Positions 38,547-49,611 of a stretch of DNA of 63,427 nucleotides are shown here, piece by piece; the stretch's first letter is position 1, and each line of letters begins with the position of its first letter. The DNA is taken from assembly GCA_900617105.1 (NCBI GenBank), contig UYFQ01000438.1:1-63427 (forward strand), read 5' to 3'. The position numbers and the translations under genes were made by a program. The notes beneath the pieces are model-generated. The model ran no database searches. It worked only from the letters and a program-made list of their open reading frames with translations, and had not been told where the DNA came from. Origin of the DNA: Hydrurus foetidus. Lineage: Eukaryota.

Positions 38547-41500
38547 AGTATTTACACGGTTTACTGATAGTGTGTCATGTACGTTATCCGTACAGTAATA
38601 AAAATTGACGCGTCCTGAGACGCGTCGTTCGGGTACTATTTACACGGTTTACTCACAGACGCGTCCGTATACATATGTATACGGTTTAGAAAAAGCACCT
38701 AGAGGAACTAAGACCACCAATAAGAATTCAGGACGCGTCAGAAACCGAGGACGCATGTATCTGTATACGGTTTAATAGCAACATGGTCCCTCAAGAATTC
38801 AGGACGCGTCTTGTAAAAGGACGCGTGAAATACAGTGTAACAACGTATGAACCGTTGTAGGGTATGAACGATCCACGTAACACCCAGTGGGAATCCATCT
38901 CGACCACCACGATCTTACAACCTGCAACACTGGCAACGGCACGACAGCCTGCCAGTATATTAACTGCAATGTCCGAAAGGATCACAGTTTACGGACAATG
39001 AAATGCCTTGAGGGAGAACAACAGAGATACGTGCTCTGATCTACCACGATGGAGAATCATTACATGTAAACTTGATCCATTAGGACCTTTTGTACAAGAG
39101 ACAGGAACTTTAAGAACTTTCTCACAAGAATCGTGGAGCCTGCATGTAGGCATATAGTAAGTCAAACAAAACCCTTGCACATTATAGAAAGCCTACTCTA
39201 CACGCACGTGTTTAATCGATCCAATTATCCTGACCAAATAGGAAAATGAGAAGGAAAATCTTAAAGCGCCCAGTCACACATCAACCATACGTCCAGCCAT
39301 CACATCCACCAAATGCCCTGCCAACACATCTACCAACCGCCCATCCGACATATCCTCGAACAGACCAATCGCCCGACAACTGACCGCCCAGCCAATCATC
39401 AACCAACCGCCAAGCCACCACATCTACCAACCGCCCAGCTGCCACATCTACCAACCGCCCATCCTACACATCTACCAACCGCCCCGCCTCTACATCTACT
39501 TACCGCCCAGCCGTCACGTCTACCAACCGCCTAGCCAACTATTCAACCGACCCCACAGCGGACTTATCTTTCGACCGACCAGCCACCACATCAACAGACC
39601 GCCCAGCCAATCATCTACCAACCGCCACGCCTCCACATCTACCAACCGCCCAGCTGCCACATCTACCAACCGCTCATCCTACACATCTACCAACCGCCCC
39701 GCCCCTACATCACGTCTACCAACCGCCTTGCCAACTCATCAATCGACCCAACAGAGGACTTATCTTCTGACCGACCAGCCGCCACATCAAGAACCGTCCA
39801 GCAAATACATCTAACATCCGCAAAACCAACACATCTACCATCTGCACGTCCACCACAGCTCCCAACTTCCCAGCCAGTCATCTACCACCCGCCGAGCCAC
39901 CACATCTACCAACCGCCCTGCCTGCACATCTACAAACCGCCCTGCCTCTACATCAACTTACCGCCCAGCCGACACGTCTACCAACCGCCCAGCCAACACA
40001 TCAACCGACCCCACAGCGGACATATCTTCCGACCGAACAGCCGCCACATCAACGAACCGTCCGGTCACACAACTACATTATCGTAATAATTAGGATGTTT
40101 TTATGCTGTACTTGATTGTAAACATACATAATGACTCACTCGACTAATGCACATAAATAATGAAACGTTTATACCATTAATCTTCTTTTTAAATCGTGAG
40201 TATATAGGCCTCAAACTCACGCTTAACGGAAAGCAGACCAGATCGACTATGCTTCGCGAGATTTGGTTAGTATATACATGTTTTACATGTCAATGGTCAT
40301 ATTCATAACCGGGCAGTATAAGAATATAACGCGTTACAGAAATGTTACTCACACGGTTAAGTCATAGAATGTCCTCTTGGTTATCCGTTCTGTATTAAAT
40401 ATACACGCGTCCCCTGGGACGCGACGTTTGGTTAATATTTACACGGTTTACTCATAGAGTGTCATGTAAGTTATCCGTATAGTAATGAATTGACGCGTCC
40501 TGAGACGCGTCGTTCGGGTAGTATTTACACGGTTTACTCATAGTGTGTCATGTACGTTATCCGTACAGTAATAAAAATTGACGCGTCCTGAGACGCGTCG
40601 TTCGGGTAGTATTTACACGGTTTACTCATAGTGTGTCATGTACGTTATCCGTACAGTAATAAAAATTGACGCGTCCTGAGACGCGTCGTTCGGGTAGTAT
40701 TTACACGGTTTACTGATAGTGTGTCATGTACGTTATCCGTACAGTAATAAAAATTGACGCGTCCTGAGACGCGTCGTTCGGGTAGTATTTACACGGTTTA
40801 CTGATAGTGTGTCATGTACGTTATCCGTACAGTAATAAAAATTGACGCGTCCTGAGACGCGTCGTTCGGGTAGTATTTACACGGTTTACTCACAGACGCG
40901 TCCGTATACATATGTATACGGTTTAGAAAAAGCACCTAGAGGAACTAAGACCACCAATAAGAATTCAGGACGCGTCAGAAACCGAGGACGCATGTATCTG
41001 TATACGGTTTAATAGCAACATGGTCCCTCAAGAATTCAGGACGCGTCTTGTAAAAGGACGCGTGAAATACAGTGTAACAACGTATGAACCGTTGTAGGGT
41101 ATGAACGATCCACGTAACACCCAGTGGGAATCCATCTCGACCACCACGATCTTACAACCTGCAACACTGGCAACGGCACGACAGCCTGCCAGTATATTAA
41201 CTGCAATGTCCGAAAGGATCACAGTTTACGGACAATGAAATGCCTTGAGGGAGAACAACAGAGATACGTGCTCTGATCTACCACGATGGAGAATCATTAC
41301 ATGTAAACTTGATCCATTAGGACCTTTTGTACAAGAGACAGGAACTTTAAGAACTTTCTCACAAGAATCGTGGAGCCTGCATGTAGGCATATAGTAAGTC
41401 AAACAAAACCCTTGCACATTATAGAAAGCCTACTCTACACGCACGTGTTTAATCGATCCAATTATCCTGACCAAATAGGAAAATCAGAAGGAAAATCTTA

Positions 41501-44500
41501 AAGCGCCCAGCCACACATCAACCATACGTCCAGCCAACACATCCACCAAATGCCCTGCCAACACATCTACCAACCGCCCATCCGACATATCCTCGAACAG
41601 ACCAATCGCCACATCAACGGACCGCCCAGCCAATCATCAACCAACCGCCAAGCCACCACATCTACCAACCGCCCAGCTGCCACATCTACCAACCGCCCAT
41701 CCTACACATCTACCAACCGTCCCGCCTCTACATCTACTTACCGCCAAGCCGTCACGTCTACCAACCGCCTAGCCAACTATTCAACCGACCCCACAGCGGA
41801 CTTATCTTTCGACCGACCAGCCACCACATCAACAGACCGCCCAGCCAATCATCTACCAACCGCCACGCCTCCACATCTACCAACCGCCCAGCTGCCACAT
41901 CTACCAACCGCTCATCCTACACATCTACCAACCGCCCCGCCCCTACATCTACCAACCGCCCCGCCCCTACATCACGTCTACCAACCGCCTTGCCAACTCA
42001 TCAATCGACCCAACAGAGGACTTATCTTTCGAACGACCAGCCGCCACATCAAGAACCGTCCAGCAAATACATCTAACATCCGCAAAACCAACACATCTAC
42101 CATCTGCACGTCCACCACAGCTCCCAACTTCCCAGCCAGTCATCTACCACCCGCCGAGCCACCACATCTACCAACCGCCCTGCCTGCACATCTACAAACC
42201 GCCCTGCCTCTACATCAACTTACCGCCCAGCCGACACGTCTACCAACCGCCCAGCCAACACATCAACCGACCCCACAGCGGACATATCTTCCGACCGAAC
42301 AGCCGCCACATCAACGAACCGTCCGGTCACACAACTACATTATCGTAATAATTAGGATGTTTTTATGCTGTACTTGATTGTAAACATACATAATGACTCA
42401 CTCGACTAATGCACATAAATAATGAAACGTTTATACCATTAATCTTCTTTTTAAATCGTGAGTATATAGGCCTCAAACTCACGCTTAACGGAAAGCAGAC
42501 CAGATCGACTATGCTTCGCGAGATTTGGTTAGTATATACATGTTTTACATGTCAATGGTCATATTCATAACCGGGCAGTATAAGAATATAACGCGTTACA
42601 GAAATGTTACTCACACGGTTAAGTCATAGAATGTCCTCTTGGTTATCCGTTCTGTATTAAATATACACGCGTCCCCTGGGACGCGACGTTTGGTTAATAT
42701 TTATACGGTTTACTCATGAGATGTGTCATGTACAGACGCGTCGTAGTCAGTTTACACATGTACGTTATCCGTAGTAATAAAAATTGACGCGTCCTGAGAC
42801 GCGTCGTTCGGGTAGTATTTACACGGTTTACTGATAGTGTGTCATGTACGTTATCCGTACAGTAATAAAAATTGACGCGTCCTGAGACGCGTCGTTCGGG
42901 TAGTATTTACACGGTTTACTCATAGTGTGTCATGTACGTTATCCGTACAGTAATAAAAATTGACGCGTCCTGAGACGCGTCGTTCGGGTAGTATTTACAC
43001 GGTTTACTCACAGACGCGTCCGTATACATATGTATACGGTTTAGAAAAAGCACCTAGAGGAACTAAGACCACCAATAAGAATTCAGGACGCGTCAGAAAC
43101 CGAGGACGCATGTATCTGTATACGGTTTAATAGCAACATGGTCCCTCAAGAATTCAGGACGCGTCTTGTAAAAGGACGCGTGAAATACAGTGTAACAACG
43201 TATGAACCGTTGTAGGGTATGAACGATCCACGTAACACCCAGTGGGAATCCATCTCGACCACCACGATCTTACAACCTGCAACACTGGCAACGGCACGAC
43301 AGCCTGCCAGTATATTAACTGCAATGTCCGAAAGGATCACAGTTTACGGACAATGAAATGCCTTGAGGGAGAACAACAGAGATACGTGCTCTGATCTACC
43401 ACGATGGAGAATCATTACATGTAAACTTGATCCATTAGGACCTTTTGTACAAGAGACAGGAACTTTAAGAACTTTCTCACAAGAATCGTGGAGCCTGCAT
43501 GTAGGCATATAGTAAGTCAAACAAAACCCTTGCACATTATAGAAAGCCTACTCTACACGCACGTGTTTAATCGATCCAATTATCCTGACCAAATAGGAAA
43601 ATGAGAAGGAAAATCTTAAAGCGCCCAGTCACACATCAACCATACGTCCAGCCATCACATCCACCAAATGCCCTGCCAACACATCTACCAACCGCCCATC
43701 CGACATATCCTCGAACAGACCAATCGCCCGACAACTGACCGCCCAGCCAATCATCAACCAACCGCCAAGCCACCACATCTACCAACCGCCCAGCTGCCAC
43801 ATCTACCAACCGCCCTGCCTGCACATCTACAAACCGCCCTGCCTCTACATCAACTTACCGCCCAGCCGTCACGTCTACCAACCGCCTAGCCAACTATTCA
43901 ACCGACCCCACAGCGGACTTATCTTTCGACCGACCAGCCGCCACATCAACAACCGCCCAGCCAATCATCTACCAACCGCCACGCCTCCACATCTACCAAC
44001 CGCCCAGCTGCCACATCTACCAACCGCTCATCCTACACATCTACCAACCGCCCCGCCCCTACATCTACCAACCGCCCCGCCCTACATCATCTACCAACCG
44101 CCTTGCCAACTCATCAACCGACCCAACAGCGGACTTATCTTCCGACCGACCAGCCGCCACATCAAGAACCGTCCAGCAAATACATCTAACATCCGCAAAA
44201 CCAACACATCTACCATCTGCACGTCCACCACATCTCCCAACTTCCCAGCCAGTCATCTACCACCCGCCGAGCCACCACATCTACCAACCGCCCTGCCTGC
44301 ACATCTACAAACCGCCCTGCCTCTACATCAACTTACCGCCCAGCCGACACGTCTACCAACCGCCCAGCCAACACATCAACCGACCCCACAGCGGACATAT
44401 CTTCCGACCGAACAGCCGCCACATCAACGAACCGTCCGGTCACACAACTACATTATCGTAATAATTAGGATGTTTTTATGCTGTACTTGATTGTAAACAT

Positions 44501-46400
44501 ACATAATGACTCACTCGACTAATGCACATAAATAATGAAACGTTTATACCATTAATCTTCTTTTTAAATCGTGAGTATATAGGCCTCAAACTCACGCTTA
44601 ACGGAAAGCAGACCAGATCGACTATGCTTCGCGAGATTTGGTTAGTATATACATGTTTTACATGTCAATGGTCATATTCATAACCGGGCAGTATAAGAAT
44701 ATAACGCGTTACAGAAATGTTACTCACACGGTTAAGTCATAGAATGTCCTCTTGGTTATCCGTTCTGTATTAAATATACACGCGTCCCCTGGGACGCGAC
44801 GTTTGGTTAATATTTATACGGTTTACTCATGAGTGTCATGTAAGTTATCCGTATAGTAATGAATTGACGCGTCCTGAGACGCGTCGTTCGGGTAGTATTT
44901 ACACGGTTTACTCATAGTGTGTCATGTACGTTATCCGTACAGTAATAAAAATTGACGCGTCCTGAGACGCGTCGTTCGGGTAGTATTTACACGGTTTACT
45001 GATAGTGTGTCATGTACGTTATCCGTACAGTAATAAAAATTGACGCGTCCTGAGACGCGTCGTTCGGGTAGTATTTACACGGTTTACTCATAGTGTGTCA
45101 TGTACGTTATCCGTACAGTAATAAAAATTGACGCGTCCTGAGACGCGTCGTTCGGGTAGTATTTACACGGTTTACTCACAGACGCGTCCGTATACATATG
45201 TATACGGTTTAGAAAAAGCACCTAGAGGAACTAAGACCACCAATAAGAATTCAGGACGCGTCAGAAACCGAGGACGCATGTATCTGTATACGGTTTAATA
45301 GCAACATGGTCCCTCAAGAATTCAGGACGCGTCTTGTAAAAGGACGCGTGAAATACAGTGTAACAACGTATGAACCGTTGTAGGGTATGAACGATCCACG
45401 TAACACCCAGTGGGAATCCATCTCGGCTACAACGATCTTACAACCTGCAACACTGGCGACGGCACGACAGCCTGCCAGTATAGTAACTGCAATGTCCGAA
45501 AGATCAAAGTTTACGGACAATGAAATGCCTTGAGGGAGAACAACAGAGATACGTGCTCTGATCTACCACGATGGAGAATCATTACATGTAAACTTGGTCC
45601 AGTAGGAACTTTTGTACAGCATACCAAGACATAGAGAACTCTCTCACAAGAATCGTGGAGCCTGCATGTAGGCATATAGTAAGATCGAAAAAAACCATAG
45701 TACATTATAGAACAGCCTAATATACATGTCACCTATTTAATCAACATCAATCATCCTGACCAAATAGGACAACCGCCCAGCCAACACATCTACAAACCGC
45801 CTAGCCAACAAATCTACCAACCGCCTAGCCAATACCTGTATCAACCGACCAGCCGCCACATCAACCAACCGCCCAGCCAACACATCTACGAAACGCCCAG
45901 CAAACACATCAACCAACCGCCCAGCCGCCACATCAACCAACCGCCCAGCCAACACATCTACGAAACGCCCAGCAAACACATCAACCAACCGCCCAGCCGC
46001 CACATAAACCAACCGCCCAACAAACAGAACAACCAACCGCCCAGCCGCCACATAAACCAACCGCCCAGCCGCCACATCAACCAACCGCCCAACAAACAGA
46101 ACAACCAACCGCCCAGCCGCCACATCAACCAACCGCCCAGCAAACACATCAACCAACCGCCCAGCCGCCACATCTACCAACCACCCAGCCAACACTTGTT
46201 ACAACCGCTCAGCCAACACATCGACCAACCGCCCAGCCAACACCTGTACCAACCGATCAGTCAACACTTCTACCGACCGGCCATCCAACACATCAACCAA
46301 CAGGCCAGCCAACACCTATACCAACCGACGAGCCAATACCAACGACAGCACCTTTACCGACCGCCCAGCCAACACCTGTACCAACCGTTCAGCCAACAAG
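38547..46400. repeat. Higher-order tandem array: about 3.5 units of 2.1-2.2 kb containing 88-bp and 24-bp subrepeats
   Basis: Equivalent landmarks at 38791, 41028, 43146 and 45314 (spacings 2237, 2118, 2168). The fourth copy is diverged. Confidence 0.97.
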
Positions 46401-46715
46401 AAGGCTAGTATGCTTGACCTGTCAGCCCCTTAACATGTAAGTTAGAAGCTTTTCGATGATGAGTCATAGTGTAATTTATAACATGAACCGTTTGCCACAA
46501 TATTAATCGCTCATCCATAACACAACAGATGCACGCGAACGTTATTGTTCAAGTCACGAGGCACTCAAAAGCACAACGCAAGGTAACATCACTTCCTTAT
46601 CCAATCATATGTCGACGAGTTTTTACATCCAACTCACACTTAAATCTGCACATAGCGACTGTTGTAAAATGCGACACACTCAACAACGTGTAATTTTATA
46701 AAAATCGATAACATA

Positions 46716-47920
46716 TTAGGAAAATATTGTTTTTGAGCCAAAAATATTACGTAAACGACTATACTCAGCAATGACTAACTTACGATTCGAACCAAAATGT
46801 GTAAAATGAACAGGACGTAATGCATGGACAAGATATAAGCTCGATAAGTCTCGGGCACGACTATGACACACGTAGTCTATGCCACGTGTAAAAGGGAAAC
46901 GTTTACTAATGTCCGTAGCTAATGTAACGCAATTACCATGCACTGTAGAACCTTGCATTTTGTGTGTAGTCGTAGCAGAAGCAGGACGTAATGGCAACTG
47001 CCACCTATGGAATTTATTTTTGTACTTTACGAATTCATCACACATTTCCCCGAAAGGTATAACATTAGACATCGTTGAGCTGATAGACATACCTATATTA
47101 TCATCCATCTTAACTAAAACAATAGGTATTTCTTTTGCTTGACCATTCGAGTCTAAAATATCTAGACTAAGACCTTCGCCATAGTACTGGAAAGGTTTCG
47201 CCACAAAAAGAAGACGTCTTGTCGCATTTAATGCACGCTGATGAAAATCGACTTTACGTTGAACAGATAATGTTTCGATCCGTGTTTGTGTCTTCCTACC
47301 TCGTCGAGTTTCGATAATAGATTGGTAAAAAACTCTTCGTCTCTTCACACAACCAGAGGAGTCAGTTGACGAAACGCCGACATCACGGCCAGCAACATCG
47401 TCTGAAACCACGAGACTGGCTAAATGACACCGCCCAAAAGTCGCATCGATGATGCTATCGTAATGATTGTTACCACTATATAGTAGCAGACAATCATTAA
47501 CATGATTGCGAGCAGGCAATGATGTAGCAAAAGTTGTCATCCATTCCATTCTGCAACTGCTAGGATAAGGTCTAAATACGTAAATATCCACAGGAAACAA
47601 ATGAACAAAGCACGCGAGCTCGATGACACCCCCCATGACGTAGGTTTCGACATATACGTCACGTATCGTTCGACAGTTGAATGCTCGAGAGCAATACACT
47701 CCTCAACAGAATATAATGACCCAGGTCCGAGATATAGAATCGTTGGACGATTAGACAATATAAACGAATTGATCGCCGCCCGCAACATAGGTGGAGAATA
47801 AGATGAGGTCACGGACATCCGATTCAAGAAGAAACATAACGAATGAAACATGCAACTGGAATCACCAGGCTGCCGAACAACGTTGCCATCTAGGAGATCA
47901 CTAACATTGCATGATTCCAT
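46716..47920 (-). CDS. OTU cysteine protease fused to a Pif1-like SF1B helicase C-terminus (one frameshift)
   Basis: OTU: QPGDSSCMFHSL, WG(G)VIEL, LLYSGNNHYD. Helicase: RWQLPLRPASATTTHKMQGST and YVCHSRAR (motifs V and VI). The frames join if the C-run at 47629-47634 is 7 rather than 6. Confidence 0.8.
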
Positions 47921-49611
47921 GACATCAGCTTTAATGAGGTCAATGTGTCATCGTGTTGTGTACTGTCACGGAGGTTCGCGCGAGTGTCGCGAACTGAACA
48001 GACACGTAACAAACATGAAAATTGAACCTGAAAACGAAAAAACCTGAATTCGTCGTCAAAACACAGGAGAGCATGGTCTCCGTGACACGAAAAACGGGTG
48101 AAGTTATCTGTTTTCTATATAAAGGTGGAACCACCATACGGTTAATCCCCCAATTGAAAAAGGGCGTTGTATGTTGTATGTACGACGTTGTGTGTCGTTT
48201 TGTACGTGTGTCATAATGAAACGTCAGTGGAAGTGCCCCTTTTTTATTTTTAAATGCGTTCAGTGACTATTTTCTGGATTTCAGTCTTAGTCAACTATAA
48301 TCGTTCATCGCGTATTATAGTGAATTCTACGTCAGATTGATGTATCCACTTATTAAACCATCACTGTAACTTATTGGCAATATGAAACTTGATAGAAGTC
48401 CAGTCGGAAGAGTTACGCCTGACGAACAACTCGTTGAGTTTGATCCGCGCGTATTTACATCCCTGCATTTTTAACAACGAATCCTGCTGAATAATTTAAT
48501 TGCCATCAAGCAGTCAAGGCGTGTTCCTGAATTTTTGCTCATGAGAGTTTTAAACCGCACGCGTCGTGCCTATTAGGAAATGTCGAACAAAAATTTCCAC
48601 AGAAAATTGGAATCCTACCTCACTTTCGTAGTTTCTTGGTCGGATGCCAATTAATCTAGTCAGCCTTATTTCAATGTGAATGGTTATGGTGTATCTGGAG
48701 CCAAAGTTTCAAGTACGGTACGTCATATGGGAAGGTCGGTTCGCGAAACCTTTACGGTATGGAGAGGAGAGCAATCTAAGGCAGTGGGAGACTATCTAGT
48801 GCTAACAGATGCTATATTGATATTGTCTTAAATGAGCAAATGTTAATGTTGTGGAACAATCTTTTTTTCGTCTAGAGTGACGTTTGTCCGTTTGTCCGGT
48901 AGGATATTTAAGATATTTTTTAAGATAAAATAGGCCGTTTTTTTGAAAACAAAGTGTGATCTCGAATGGACACTTGATGAGACATAATATTTGAGCAGCG
49001 CAAGTCGTTTTATATTTCTCCGTGGTGGCCTTTCGAATAATGACGGAAACTGACTTGTTCAACTGCGGGCTGCTCCTGTAGCACAGTAGCGGGCATCAGA
49101 TCTCAAGATTTCGGCATCTCAGCTAGCTGCGCAGTGTCTGCATCGGGAGCGTCATTTGTGCCGTTGTTGATTAAAGAATTCTGTAGCTCCTGCGACCGTT
49201 TGAAGAGGAACTTCTTGCGGGTTCCGCACACTCAAATACACAGCTGTCAGTTTGTGAGCAAACTTAGCTCAGTGCCCGGAAGGTTGACCTCTTCGGCAAG
49301 CCACTCAACTGAGAGCCCATACATCGCCGTCGGTGACTTTGATTGGCGCCATTACCCAGTATCAGGCGAGTTCAGACATGGACGACCCAGAGGATTCCAA
49401 GAGCAGGCCATATGCCCTAAGGCAATACTCTTCGTTCCGTCAGATGAAATCAGGGCTGCCCAATATTCCGGGTATGATAGCGTATTTGGAGTGACATTTT
49501 TGTTGCTCAAATCTTATTCCTCAGATCTCAATCACTGGCGAATCTTAAAAAAATCAAATTTTAGGTGTTTTTGCACTCTCCAAAACGGAGATCAAGAAGG
49601 ATGTCCGTGAG

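Larger units (their letters stand above)
37721..48153 (-). mobile_element. Helitron2/Helentron-like rolling-circle element, internally deleted and repeat-expanded (10.4 kb)
   Basis: Inverted 11-mer TGGGGGATTAA (37759-37769) / TTAATCCCCCA (48142-48152). Hairpins at 37737-37755 and 48124-48135. Flanking direct repeat TTGAAAAA. Internal OTU and SF1 helicase ORFs. Confidence 0.75.

Noticed and set aside
38791..39180. Short minus-strand ORFs repeated in each unit as genes (one is vaguely OTU-like: RAVASVAGCKIVVVEMDS)
   Set aside because: No catalytic motifs. Recurrence is explained by duplication, and differences from copy 4 are too few to infer selection.
40434..40892. Palindromic 88-bp repeats as a CRISPR array
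   Set aside because: No unique spacers, no cas genes, and the context is eukaryotic.
41550..42377. Pro/Thr/His-rich ORF, and likewise 45737-46195
   Set aside because: Products of a stop-free 24-bp minisatellite.
37721..48153. Fanzor/TnpB cargo or endogenous giant-virus segment
   Set aside because: No RuvC, capsid, polymerase or packaging-ATPase motifs seen.
48156..48246. AAAAAGGGC...GCCCCTTTT fold as the element's terminal hairpin
   Set aside because: Weak and imperfect, and mostly outside the flanking direct repeat. The 37737-37755 hairpin fits the layout better.
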